Source: Fimbriimonadia bacterium (lineage in GTDB: Bacteria; Armatimonadota; Fimbriimonadia; Fimbriimonadales; JABRVX01). Taken from it: DNA of 64,000 bases. The stretch spans positions 1 to 64,000 of the forward strand of contig JBGPGO010000007.1 in the NCBI GenBank assembly GCA_041483895.1, written 5' to 3'. The notes beneath the pieces are model-generated. The model saw only the letters and a list, made by a program, of their open reading frames with translations, did no database searches and was not told where the DNA came from. Shown in pieces: positions 38,035-48,461 of the stretch (position 1 is its first letter; each line of letters begins with the position of its first letter). Made by a program: the position numbers and the translations under genes.

Positions 38035-40206
38035 TTACTCGATCCGAATCTCGAATAACCGCATTTCCCCTGCGGCGAGGCGCCCCGTTTGTCCTTGCCA
38101 CTGGCCGCTCGTAATGACTGCGCCGCGCGACCTGCCGTCTCCGCCAAACTCCGTCACCCGATACCGCCCGGAAGGCGACTTGAGCCAAGCCGACAGGTTG
38201 CAGGAGAACTTGACAGACCTCGCGGGGCCGTCGTTGACCACGACCATCAGAGCCCGGTCGGGGAGCACGTAAGACGTCAAATGCGCCGGGGACGGCTCCG
38301 AGAGCAGGCACTCGCCGATTAGCACGCCGTCCGTGAAGTACTTCAAGAACCGCTTGCGCAGCGCCGCGCATTGCTTCAATGCCTTGCTGAACGCGGGATG
38401 GTTCACAATCGAATCCGACCCGTTTGTGGACTCGGGCTTGCGCGGCATGACGCACAAATACAGGTTGTCGGCGAACGCCCGCTTGACTGCGAGCGGCGAG
38501 GAGTCGATGCAGTAGTTCAGCCTCGGCGAGGGGAACACGCTCGTCAGCGGGCAGAAGTCCTTGCCCTTGTACGGTCCCCAGTTCCACGTGTAGTCAAGGA
38601 TGTTGGAGTCAAGTTCCCAGTTCCGCAGTTCCTCGCCTGAGAAGGTGGATTCCGGGTCGCGCCGCTTGGCATAGGCGCGGATCAGCGACGTCACGGAGTT
38701 CATGTTGGGCGGCGGGACGTTCGTGGTCAGGTACTGGTCGAAGCAGACCGAGGCCACGCCCAGGTCGATCAGGTGCATGCAACCCTCCAGGATGTCTTCT
38801 GCCCATTTGACGCCCGCAGGCCCTGCCTGCACGCTGGCGAACTGGCTGGCATAACCCGACATCGTTCGCGGGACCAGTTCCGAATGGTAGGTCCAGGCGC
38901 CGTCGCTCGTCACTCGCAACCCGTAGCGGGGCGCTGCCTCCGCGCCTATCAGCAGCACGCCGATGAACGGAACAGCGTTTACGCCGAACTTTTTGCAGGC
39001 GGCCACGGCATCGGCCATGTCCTTCTCGGCGCCGATGTTCGGATACGGCTTGGGCATGGGCCGCTGAAGGTCGTCGCGAAACGACCAGAACATCAGCTCG
39101 TCCAGGCCGTGCTCCTTCGACTCCTTGGCCAGCGCGGGCAGGTCTTTGAACCTGTAGACCGGGTCCTTGGGGTCGGCGGCCTGATACTGCGACATCCAGA
39201 CTGTACGGAAGCCGAGCCCTTCGCGAACGTGCTTCGGCACAGGCCAATCGCGCTTGAAATGGGTCTTCGCAAAGGCTCGATACGGCTCGATGCCCTTGGC
39301 CCAGCCGCCAGTGTGCGGGGTCAGCCAGAACTCGCCGCTTTCCCATTTCTCGCCAACGTTGATCGTGGCCGCGTGCAGGACCATCAGGCGGAGCTTCTGC
39401 TCGACCTCCGAATGCTGGAGCATCACGGGCAACTCGGGGTCCCAGCCCCACCTTCTGGGGAACAGGCTGAAGCCGCCCTTCAGTCCGCCAAAGTCCATCC
39501 ACCGGACGATCATGTCGCTAAGGTGCAGCCCGCCGGAAGTGTATTGCACCGAGTACGACGACGAGGGCTGTACGTAGTGCCAGACGCGCGATTCCTCCGT
39601 GGGCGCAAGCTGCACGAACGGCTGCATGCCGAACGCGCAGGTGCGAAAGGTCGTATTGGCCCGCCCTGCGAACGGCAGGAGCCCACTGAAGTCCGGGAAG
39701 ATCACCTGCCGGACCGGGGTCTTTGACCGGTTCTCGACCGTGCATGCCATGATCACCGAGCGCCCGTCCCTGGCTGCCTTCAGCGTGACGGTCGCCGAGA
39801 CGTCGCCCTCGACCTTGGCCCAGTCGCGGCTCATGCCGAGCTGGTCCCAGTGGACGGTTACGGCGTCCTTGCTGACGTATATCTTCGCGCCGTGCGAGAA
39901 GCGCGATGCGCGGCGTAACGGTTCGAACTCGTGAATTGGAGTGGCGAGGTCGAGGATCGTGGCCCGTCCGGGCTTGGATCTCAGCATGTCGATCCCAGCG
40001 TACCGAAGATGCAGGATGCTGCCGGTGTCGGCGTCGAGTGTGATAGCCAGACCGTTGAGGTTTGCGGTGACTGCGCCGGCGTTGCCCTTCCCGATCGCCC
40101 CGCTTGGGGAGGGCCAGGCCGCGGCCAGGGTGAGGAGGCAGAAAAGAGCGCGATTGACGGTGAGGCTCGGGCCGTGGAACATTGCGACCATTATTGCACG
40201 GCCCAC
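38035..40206 (-). CDS. Secreted glycoside-hydrolase-like protein (DUF6259-like)
   Basis: Signal peptide, beta-sandwich N-terminus, TIM-barrel-like core (KESKEHGLDELMFW, VCFDQ). Confidence 0.6.
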   Translation of the reverse strand: MGRAIMVAMFHGPSLTVNRALFCLLTLAAAWPSPSGAIGKGNAGAVTANLNGLAITLDADTGSILHLRYAGIDMLRSKPGRATILDLATPIHEFEPLRRASRFSHGAKIYVSKDAVTVHWDQLGMSRDWAKVEGDVSATVTLKAARDGRSVIMACTVENRSKTPVRQVIFPDFSGLLPFAGRANTTFRTCAFGMQPFVQLAPTEESRVWHYVQPSSSYSVQYTSGGLHLSDMIVRWMDFGGLKGGFSLFPRRWGWDPELPVMLQHSEVEQKLRLMVLHAATINVGEKWESGEFWLTPHTGGWAKGIEPYRAFAKTHFKRDWPVPKHVREGLGFRTVWMSQYQAADPKDPVYRFKDLPALAKESKEHGLDELMFWSFRDDLQRPMPKPYPNIGAEKDMADAVAACKKFGVNAVPFIGVLLIGAEAAPRYGLRVTSDGAWTYHSELVPRTMSGYASQFASVQAGPAGVKWAEDILEGCMHLIDLGVASVCFDQYLTTNVPPPNMNSVTSLIRAYAKRRDPESTFSGEELRNWELDSNILDYTWNWGPYKGKDFCPLTSVFPSPRLNYCIDSSPLAVKRAFADNLYLCVMPRKPESTNGSDSIVNHPAFSKALKQCAALRKRFLKYFTDGVLIGECLLSEPSPAHLTSYVLPDRALMVVVNDGPARSVKFSCNLSAWLKSPSGRYRVTEFGGDGRSRGAVITSGQWQGQTGRLAAGEMRLFEIRIE

Positions 40207-40630
40207 CCTCAGCGCGGAGGCAACCGGCGCATTGGAGCCGCCGCGTATCCCGCCTCACCGTGTCCGGTGCGTAGGCCATGGCCTCCACGGCCGCCACTCC
40301 GCCCGGCCAGGCCGCCTTTGCCCGCAACCCGAAACTGGGCGATCAAGCCGTTCACAAGATCGATGCGTTTCAAACGATTGGTAGGGCGAAGATGGAATTG
40401 GTGGTGCGACGTGGAAAGGCGTGCGTGTCGGCAGACGCCAAAATGGCTTCGGCACCATCCAGCGCCTCTACCCACTTTGGCAAGCACGCCATAAGATTGA
40501 GGGCCGGCGCGCCGAGCAGCCAGATCCCCATGCCGGTCCATCCCACAACAAGCACAGAGACGGTGGTTTCAGATTCTTAGGCTGAAAAGAAGGCAGTGCC
40601 AACCACACCGGCTCGGGCGACCGCTGACTC

Positions 40631-43600
40631 CTAAGGCTGTCTCTCAACTGCCTCTCGGATGGCGGGGACGAAATGCGCCCTGCAGGTGACCTCGACATCA
40701 GCTGCAATGACCGCGGTAACCCGGAGTTGCACCTTGCGGGGGCGCTCATCGGGACCAAGGACGAGGCGCCAGCCTTGCCACGGACTCGGAAAAGTCCATT
40801 GCCCGAGAATAGGAGCCAACCGGACCTCCGCGCCATCGACCGTGCCGGCGGCGGCAAAGAGATTGCCTACGTTTCCAACAGGGACAACCATCTCGTTCCG
40901 GTGCATTTCGACGGTCACGGCAACGATCCCACCGGCCTTTGTGGCCGGGACGGTGCACTCGACCAAAAGGGCACGCTTTGGCCGCTGCACTTTATCTTGA
41001 TCAACCGGCGGCGAAGGAGCCTTCTCAGGGGCAATGGGCTCAACGCGAACCGGCAAGTCGACGCTGGGCTCTGCAAACCGCTGGGACTGTTCATTTCTCG
41101 TGAACTCGCGTCCTAGCGAAGGCTTGCCGCCCGCTGGAACGAGTTCCAACAAAACGACCTCGAATGGGCTCAGCGCGATCTTTGGCGACTGGGTCGTCGA
41201 ACCCAGAAAAGCTTGTGTCGGGTACCACTGATATACTCCCGAAACGCCTTTGACAGCCGGCAACGGAAGCTCGACATTCTGCCATGTGCAGTTGTTCAGA
41301 GCCACGAAGGCGCGCGCTCCGTCGCTGCACAGATACCCGTAGGGCTCGTGCTTCCACGGATCGCCAAGAACCCGAACGGGATTGGCGAAGCACTTCGGGT
41401 TGGCCCGCATCAGTGCGGCAAAATCCGCGAACTGTTTGCGTTCGGGCTGGGTCATCCAGTCGCGGTCCGACCAGGGCTGAAGCAAGAGGCTGCCCCGGCA
41501 CATGTCCATGACCGTGCCCTCCTGCCAGCGCTCCTTGCCAATCGAGCTGTTAAAGCCCCAATTGGAGAGCCACACTCCAAGGGAGTCCTTTCCAAGCGGC
41601 GGGACATCCGCACAATAGGCTTGGGCCTGGTCCAGCACGAGCGTGACGCTGTCTCGTGCATAGAGCGACGGGCTGTCGCTGGGGCTGGCGGCCTCTATCC
41701 AGAACCCTGGCTCGAATAGCGTGTCGGCATGGAGCAGCCACCAGGGCGAGCGGTGTCCCCAATAGAGCATCAGCAGAGCTTCGGGGCACGCTTGGTCCAG
41801 TATGTCCAAGGTCTTGATGATGCTGTCGTTGATGGCCTCTGTGGAGTAGACGCCAGCCAGGTGACCGTGGTGTGGGTTGTAGCAGATCGGGCAGTTCCCG
41901 TCGAACTTGAGGACGCGGGCGCCGCTTTTCAAGTGACTTAGCGCCGCAGAACGAAGCATCTCTTCGTAGAGTCCTTCCGCCTCACAAAAGATCACCCGGT
42001 CGCCGAGGCCGTAGGATCGATCCGAGTTCAAGCTATCCGATGCAACAGGGTTGCCGGTGATGGACCACCAGTAGTTGGCGGTGTCCCACCACACGCCGTA
42101 GGGAATGCGATTCAGGGCCCTCTTTATCGGGGCAAAGCCGTTCGGAAAGCGCTTGGGGTCCGGGCGCTCCAGGTCGCCGTTTCGATCGATCCAGAGCTCG
42201 ATCATGAACGCGTCGAAGCAGCACCCGGTCTCCTTCTCCGATTCCTGCATCTTCGCGACAAGGTAGAGGTTATCGGCTTCCGTTCCGCCCCAGTAGTCGC
42301 CGCTGGGCCAGCTTCCGAACGTCTCGAAAATGGCGTAGGGCCTGTCATGCCCACGCACGACGCGGCGCATTCGAGACTTGACGTGGGCGAGGAACGCCTG
42401 TCTTGCCTTTCCCGCCGGCGCGACCCCTAAGACAGTCTCCATGCAGTCGAGCCTTTGGCCGGGGGATAGCGCTCTGCCCGGGTATTGGCGCAGGCGAACC
42501 GTTCCGTTCTCCCCCATCGCCCACCCCGAAGGGTGTGCCAGCGACGCGAAGAACTGGCCGTCCAAATACACCGGGAAGCCCTGATCGCCGTCCGAGACCT
42601 CGGCCGAAGTCACGTAGCGAGCGAGCCGAACGTTGAGTACGCGTCTTGTCGAGCGCCCCTTGTTCACGATGCTCACGAACTTGTGCAGGACGGGTTCCGC
42701 TATTTTCCAGCGGTAGATGACGGTGGCCCGCAGCGCCGGCTGCGCGCTTGACAGATGGACACGGCATTCGCCTGCCGCCCCTTGCGAGATTGTCTCGACC
42801 TTGACGACTTTCATCGAAGGCGTGATCGTGTGCTTCCCGATCAAGACGTATTGCTCGAACTGCGGAGGCCAGCAAAAACTGTTCTCCAGGCTGTGCAGCT
42901 TCATCGGATCAACCGCGTCGAGTTCCTTGGTGCGGGCCACGTACCCCGAAAGCTGCAGCGCGACGATATTCTCCCGGCCAAAGCGCAGGCACCTGTATCC
43001 GGCGCTCTTGGGGGTCAAGACGAATTGCCCGGGCTCGGGCCACCGCCCCTGCGTCCTCCTCACGGCGATCTCCTGGCCGTTCACGAAGACGCGCATGTAG
43101 CGATAGTCGAACAGCCCGAACCCGCCGAGAACCAGCGTGACAGCCTTGCCTTCGGCGTCGCGCGGCAGGAAAACGTGAGTCCGCGCCCAGCGGTATTCGT
43201 CGAACAGTCCAGACTCCTTCTGCGACGGCAGGAGAACGGTCGTTTGGCCGGACCAGCTGGTGTCGTCATGTTCCGGGAGGTATGCCTTGACTCCATAGCC
43301 ATGCTCCTCGTCGGGCCCGCAGGGTTTGTAGCCCGTGTCGATGATCCGCCAGCCGGTGATGGGAATGCGCCTATCCGAAGCGTCGAGGTCCAGTTGCAGC
43401 TCTGGGTTGTTTCCCAACGCCAGCTTCTTACCCGTCAGGCGGTTGATCCAGGCTGTTGCGCGAAGACCATGTGCGGTGTCGAGCTCAAAAACGAACGAAG
43501 GGGAGCGCATTTGTAAAGCGTTTCCATTGAGACCAACCTCGCACTTGGGCGATTCCTTCGCAGTGGCACCCGCATTCCTTGTCCTTGGACCGGTGGCCAA

Positions 43601-43666
43601 CCCCGGTGTCGCGAGAACCGCAACGAGAGCCAGCACTGATCCGACCTGTCCAAAACGTATCTGCAT
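40631..43666 (-). CDS. Secreted alpha-galactosidase-like (GH27/36 clan) multidomain protein
   Basis: FDAFMIELW, RFPNGF, YGVWW, VLKFDG; galactose-binding-like insert (VFVNGQEI). Confidence 0.65.
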   Translation of the reverse strand: MQIRFGQVGSVLALVAVLATPGLATGPRTRNAGATAKESPKCEVGLNGNALQMRSPSFVFELDTAHGLRATAWINRLTGKKLALGNNPELQLDLDASDRRIPITGWRIIDTGYKPCGPDEEHGYGVKAYLPEHDDTSWSGQTTVLLPSQKESGLFDEYRWARTHVFLPRDAEGKAVTLVLGGFGLFDYRYMRVFVNGQEIAVRRTQGRWPEPGQFVLTPKSAGYRCLRFGRENIVALQLSGYVARTKELDAVDPMKLHSLENSFCWPPQFEQYVLIGKHTITPSMKVVKVETISQGAAGECRVHLSSAQPALRATVIYRWKIAEPVLHKFVSIVNKGRSTRRVLNVRLARYVTSAEVSDGDQGFPVYLDGQFFASLAHPSGWAMGENGTVRLRQYPGRALSPGQRLDCMETVLGVAPAGKARQAFLAHVKSRMRRVVRGHDRPYAIFETFGSWPSGDYWGGTEADNLYLVAKMQESEKETGCCFDAFMIELWIDRNGDLERPDPKRFPNGFAPIKRALNRIPYGVWWDTANYWWSITGNPVASDSLNSDRSYGLGDRVIFCEAEGLYEEMLRSAALSHLKSGARVLKFDGNCPICYNPHHGHLAGVYSTEAINDSIIKTLDILDQACPEALLMLYWGHRSPWWLLHADTLFEPGFWIEAASPSDSPSLYARDSVTLVLDQAQAYCADVPPLGKDSLGVWLSNWGFNSSIGKERWQEGTVMDMCRGSLLLQPWSDRDWMTQPERKQFADFAALMRANPKCFANPVRVLGDPWKHEPYGYLCSDGARAFVALNNCTWQNVELPLPAVKGVSGVYQWYPTQAFLGSTTQSPKIALSPFEVVLLELVPAGGKPSLGREFTRNEQSQRFAEPSVDLPVRVEPIAPEKAPSPPVDQDKVQRPKRALLVECTVPATKAGGIVAVTVEMHRNEMVVPVGNVGNLFAAAGTVDGAEVRLAPILGQWTFPSPWQGWRLVLGPDERPRKVQLRVTAVIAADVEVTCRAHFVPAIREAVERQP

Positions 43667-43971
43667 ATCAGCCAACGTTACCAGAATCCGGCGGTTGGCA
43701 TGTTCGAGGGTGGTCAAGCGCCCCCCTACGATGTCGTTGTTGCAGTTCCTGGCTCGCGAAGGCATTCAATCAATCGGTACCCGGTCGTTACCAGCAGCGT
43801 CGCGCTAGGAGCGATGGACGCATCGGCTCGTCAGATCATGTTCCTCCATTCCACATAAAGTGAACTTGTAGAGGCGGACCGCCACTAAGATTCGACCACA
43901 ACTCCCCGCCATCAAGAGGATGCATGACTCCGATAGAGAAGGGTGTTTCGTCTGATGAGGAGGATGACCGC

Positions 43972-46758
43972 TTGAGTTCGCTCCATTCGCGCACCATCGT
44001 TGCCTTTTTGGCTGTCTGCGCTTTCGGCCAATCCCTCACTCCGTATCGGGACATGCAAGATATGCCGAAGGCGCTCCGGGCGTACCCGGTTGCGATGCCA
44101 AGGGACATATCGTTTGAGGCGGTAGTAAAGAGCCAACCGTTTCCGGCGATGAAGTACCCGGTGCCGATCATCGGTTGGAAGGAGCATCCCGAGGAGGTGC
44201 ATGTGACGCCGAACGGGGCCCTAGTCTTTCCTCGTCCGGGAGTCCCACGAGGTCTGTACCTGACTCCATTTCTCGGCGACGCACCGTTTTCGTTGGAGAA
44301 GGTGAATCGGCACCTTGTTGACGGCTACATGCCAGGCATCGAGAGTGAGTGGTCGGTCAGTGATCTTCGCGTGCGGCAGCTTGCCTTTTGCACGTTGCTC
44401 GGCAGTGACACAGTGAAGACCGGACGGGAGCCGTTGGTCGCGTTCACTCGCTATCGTGTCGAAAATCCATCCAAGAAGAGCCGCACGGTACGACTTTGGC
44501 TGAATTTTGGGGAAGCGGTCATGGGGCAAAGCATGGCCTCGGTACCACCGCCCTATCTGCGAACCCTTCGCTTCCAGAGACCGTTTGTGATGGAGCCCGA
44601 AGATACGGTTGCCGCCTGTGTTTTATCTCATGGCAGGGTCGGTTTCCGTCCCCTCTCGCTACCAACCCGGACTGATGACTCTCGTTACACGACCATCAAT
44701 GTACATGGCGAAGCCATGGGGCCGGACGTGCCCATCGACGTCGTGCGCGAGGGAGGTGCGGTGCGAGTAGGCAGGTGGAGATCGGAGCGCGGCTTCGATG
44801 TCCACATGGAGGCGTCCATGGGCCACAGCGTGCCGGTCGCGGCCGAAGTGGACATCGTATCGCCAGGTGGTGAGATGATCCATCTTGGCACCCTGTATCG
44901 CGGCGGGCTGTCCGAGACCAAGCGGGGCGAATTCATCAAAGCGGGTGAGCACTCTGCACCCATTCCGTGGTCCCTGCTTGCGTCCGTGTTGCCCCAGGGT
45001 CCCAGCAAAATCGTGGTCCGAGGCAGGTATCCGGTGGGTAACGCGGTCGCGCCAGTCGGATCGTGGGAATCAACATTCTATGTGACCGAGCCGGGAGTTC
45101 CGCCAAATTTCAAGCGACCCCTTCGCGGTGATAAGACAGAAAACAGCCTATTTGTCGATCTGCCTCTTCCGCCAAGCGGGTCAGCCACTGTGGACATCGC
45201 CATCCCGTACTTTCCGCTTGCCCGATCTGCCGCAGCCAAACTCGCTAGCCTCAATCTCGATCATGAACTGAGGCGCTTCCGACGTTATTGGGAGAAGGAA
45301 CTCAACCGAAACGCTGAGTTCATCGTGCCCGAAAAGCGAATACGTGACTCCGTTCGCGCCTGCCTTGCGAACAATCTCATACTGACGGATCACGATCCCA
45401 AGACCGGCCTCCTTTTGATGCATCCGGATGCAACCGCTTACGAAAGTGTCTGGGCCGGTGACAGCGGAGTCATCCTGCAGGCAATGGACCGAATGGGCTA
45501 TCACGCAGAGGCGGCGAGTTGGGCGCGGTTCTTTCTCCGCTACCAGGGCACGCGCAGGCCGGACGGGGCATCGAAGAGCGTCGACGGTTTCTACACCGGG
45601 AACGCCGGACCCCGATGGATGTGTGAGAACGGCTTCATCCTCTGGGCTCTTTCGGAACACTACAAACTAACCCGTGACGCACGGTGGCTTCGAACGGTTG
45701 CGCCGAGCATGATAAAGGGATGCGACTGGATTGTTCGCGAGCGGGCCGCCACCAAAGGCGATCCGGATGCCCGCCACTACGGGTTGTTGCCGAAAGGTGC
45801 GCCATCCGATATCGGGGTTTGGGACTATTGGTACTGGACGGACACCTACTCCTACATGGGCTTGCGCGGTGCGGCGGATGCGCTCGCTGATATCGGGATG
45901 GCTTCTGAAGCGAATCGGTTGAGAACGGAGGCCGAAGACTATAAGACGTGCATACGGCGTTCCGTCGAACGGTCCATCGTTAGGGAGGTCTCCCCGCCAT
46001 TTATCCCACCCAGTCCGTACACGAATCAGCCGCCAACCTTCGACCGTCTGGCGTCGTGGTGGTACTCCATCTGCAGCCCCATCTACATGGTGGAAGCAGG
46101 CCTCCTCAGCAAGTCCGAACCGTGGACGGCGGACATCGAGTATTGGCTGGAACGATACGGGTTGTATTCCGGACTGTGCGCGTTTGGCGGCGGATTGGTA
46201 GACCCACATTACGTGTACAACCAATCGCTGGTTCAACTGCTTCGCGGCGAGACGGACAAGTTCCTCTGGACGTTCTACAGCCTCTTCGCCTATGGCCAGT
46301 CGAGGGACACCTACGCAACCATTGAAGGAATGAACCTCTTGACCGGCTCCAACGGCGATGATTGGGCGGCCAACCGCCAGCCGCACATGCACTCGAACAG
46401 CCGGGTGCTGGACATGGTTCGAATCGCGCTTGTTTTGGAGGAAGGGGACATGCTGCATCTGATGGCGGGGACCCCAAGGGCATGGCAGGCTTCAGGAAAA
46501 GTGATCGAGGTGCGAAAAGCCCCGACCTACTTTGGTGACGTGGGCTTCAGAAGCGTGTCGTACGGCAAACGGGTCCGTGTGACGATCCAGCCGCCCACCC
46601 TTCGCGCGGCGAAACTGGTCGTTCATATTCGGCCACCTTCCACGGTTGGACCAATCCGTTCCGTCACAGTAAACGGAAGGCCATGGAAGCAGTTCCAAGA
46701 CGAAAAAGTGATGCTTGGTGCGCGGCGCTCTAAAACCACCGTCGTATGCAGATTCTAG
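43972..46758 (+). CDS. Secreted six-hairpin (alpha/alpha)6 glycosidase-like protein
   Basis: YESVWAGD, LWALSEHYKLTRD..WL, YGLLP, PHMHS, APTYFG; TTG start after GAGGAGG. Confidence 0.7.
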   Translation: MSSLHSRTIVAFLAVCAFGQSLTPYRDMQDMPKALRAYPVAMPRDISFEAVVKSQPFPAMKYPVPIIGWKEHPEEVHVTPNGALVFPRPGVPRGLYLTPFLGDAPFSLEKVNRHLVDGYMPGIESEWSVSDLRVRQLAFCTLLGSDTVKTGREPLVAFTRYRVENPSKKSRTVRLWLNFGEAVMGQSMASVPPPYLRTLRFQRPFVMEPEDTVAACVLSHGRVGFRPLSLPTRTDDSRYTTINVHGEAMGPDVPIDVVREGGAVRVGRWRSERGFDVHMEASMGHSVPVAAEVDIVSPGGEMIHLGTLYRGGLSETKRGEFIKAGEHSAPIPWSLLASVLPQGPSKIVVRGRYPVGNAVAPVGSWESTFYVTEPGVPPNFKRPLRGDKTENSLFVDLPLPPSGSATVDIAIPYFPLARSAAAKLASLNLDHELRRFRRYWEKELNRNAEFIVPEKRIRDSVRACLANNLILTDHDPKTGLLLMHPDATAYESVWAGDSGVILQAMDRMGYHAEAASWARFFLRYQGTRRPDGASKSVDGFYTGNAGPRWMCENGFILWALSEHYKLTRDARWLRTVAPSMIKGCDWIVRERAATKGDPDARHYGLLPKGAPSDIGVWDYWYWTDTYSYMGLRGAADALADIGMASEANRLRTEAEDYKTCIRRSVERSIVREVSPPFIPPSPYTNQPPTFDRLASWWYSICSPIYMVEAGLLSKSEPWTADIEYWLERYGLYSGLCAFGGGLVDPHYVYNQSLVQLLRGETDKFLWTFYSLFAYGQSRDTYATIEGMNLLTGSNGDDWAANRQPHMHSNSRVLDMVRIALVLEEGDMLHLMAGTPRAWQASGKVIEVRKAPTYFGDVGFRSVSYGKRVRVTIQPPTLRAAKLVVHIRPPSTVGPIRSVTVNGRPWKQFQDEKVMLGARRSKTTVVCRF

Positions 46759-47573
46759 CCTTTCAGCGCCCCTGCCACCATGCTCTCATAGATTCGATCG
46801 CGCAGGATCCAGTAGATGATGAGAATCGGCGCCATCACGATGGCAAGCCCGGCAAACAGCGCTCCCCAATCGCTTTGGTAGTGCTCCACCATGACCAGGT
46901 TCGCGATGCCAAGTGGCAAGGTGCGATTTTCTTCACTCACAATCAAGACGAGAGCGAGTGGGTACTCGTTCCAAAGTCCAATGGCGTTGAATACCGCCAC
47001 TACCAAGAGGCCGGGCCTGGCGAGGGGGAGCATTACACGCCAGAACACCGTGGCATGTCCGCCGCCATCGATCATCGCTGCCTCCCCCAATTCCGCCGGC
47101 AGCGAATGGAAGAAGCCGGTAAGAACGAAGATGGTAAACGGCAAAGAGTAGGCTACGTAGACAAGCACCAGGCCTGGAAGCGAATCAAGCAAACCGAGCG
47201 TGTTCATCAGAAAGAACAGCGGCACAATCGCAAGGAATATCGGGAACATCATGCCACCGAGAAAACCGGTGAACAGCCAACTACTGCCGGGGAACGGGTA
47301 CCGTGCGAAGACGTAGGCCGCCATTGCGCCGCATGGTAGGAGAATAGTCAGCGTTGCGAGCGTGACGAAGACGCTGTTGAGGAAGTAGCGGGCAATGCCG
47401 GCCTCCTCCCACGAGCGAACGTAGTTGGACCATTGTGGCGACTTTGGGATTCCCCAAGGCGAGGCGAAGATTTCCGGCGAAGTTTTCAGCGACGTGACCA
47501 ACACCCACAAAAGCGGAATAACAACAGAGAGCGCAAATAGGAATAGGAGGAATTTCGTTATAGTGCGGATCAC
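46755..47573 (-). CDS. Carbohydrate ABC permease (NgcG-like)
   Basis: EAAMIDGG EAA loop; WNEY; TLPLGI. Confidence 0.93.
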   Translation of the reverse strand: MIRTITKFLLFLFALSVVIPLLWVLVTSLKTSPEIFASPWGIPKSPQWSNYVRSWEEAGIARYFLNSVFVTLATLTILLPCGAMAAYVFARYPFPGSSWLFTGFLGGMMFPIFLAIVPLFFLMNTLGLLDSLPGLVLVYVAYSLPFTIFVLTGFFHSLPAELGEAAMIDGGGHATVFWRVMLPLARPGLLVVAVFNAIGLWNEYPLALVLIVSEENRTLPLGIANLVMVEHYQSDWGALFAGLAIVMAPILIIYWILRDRIYESMVAGALKG

Positions 47574-48461
47574 TTACGTCCTCGCGCCTTGCGGATCGCG
47601 GCGGAAGGCGGCGACCACCATCCCACTAAGCAGCAGCACGACAACCAGGTTTGCCACAGCCAGGGCGGTCGCGAATCCAAAATCACTATTCTTGAACGCC
47701 TGCTCATAGAGATACGTCAGCATCACTTCAGTGTGGCGATCGGGTCCGCCTTGCGTCATGAGAAAGACAAGGGCGAAGATATTGAGCGCATTGATCACAA
47801 GGTAGATCATAGCTACTCGCAATACAGCCCAAAGCATGGGCAGCGTCACTCGCCAGAGCAGAGCAAGGCCATGTGCACCGTCTAGCGTTGCCGCTTCCCG
47901 CACCTCATCCGGGATGGTCTGCAGACCCGCAGAAAACAACATAATGTAGAAGCCAAGAGCATGCCAAACAAACGCGACTCCGACCGCAGGCAGCGCCGTA
48001 CCCGATGTTCCCAACCAGGGGACCGCCAGCTTTTCAAGTCCGACGTTGCGCAGTGTCGCGTTCATGATGCCAAAGGATGGGTTGAAAATGAACATCCATA
48101 GAATTGCGACGACGACCAGTGGCGTGACTTGTGGAAAGAGATATACTCCGCGCAGAACCCGAGCCGACCGGCTGTTGCCTCGAACGCCATGTGCGATGGC
48201 AAGGGAGAGAACGAGAATTATGCCGCCCGCGCCTATCAGCAGAGCAAGGTTGTGGGCAAGCGATTGCCAGAACACCGGATCTCCGAAGAGGCGCGAGAAA
48301 TTGTCGAACCCGACGAAAACTCGAACTTGAGAAACGCCTCTCCAACGATAGAGGGACATGAGGAAGGCTTGCGCAACGGGCCAAATGACAAAGAGAAGAT
48401 AAAGTGCTGTCGCAGGGAGAAGAAAAGTAACTATGAACCCGAAACGTCGGCGTTTAGTCAC
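47574..48461 (-). CDS. Carbohydrate ABC permease (NgcF-like)
   Basis: FVGFDNF, EAATLDGA, GGPDRHTEV. Confidence 0.93.
   Translation of the reverse strand: MTKRRRFGFIVTFLLPATALYLLFVIWPVAQAFLMSLYRWRGVSQVRVFVGFDNFSRLFGDPVFWQSLAHNLALLIGAGGIILVLSLAIAHGVRGNSRSARVLRGVYLFPQVTPLVVVAILWMFIFNPSFGIMNATLRNVGLEKLAVPWLGTSGTALPAVGVAFVWHALGFYIMLFSAGLQTIPDEVREAATLDGAHGLALLWRVTLPMLWAVLRVAMIYLVINALNIFALVFLMTQGGPDRHTEVMLTYLYEQAFKNSDFGFATALAVANLVVVLLLSGMVVAAFRRDPQGART

Noticed and set aside
40209..40630. Small genes between the two glycosidase-like ORFs
   Set aside because: Several short overlapping ORFs with no motif or convincing start.
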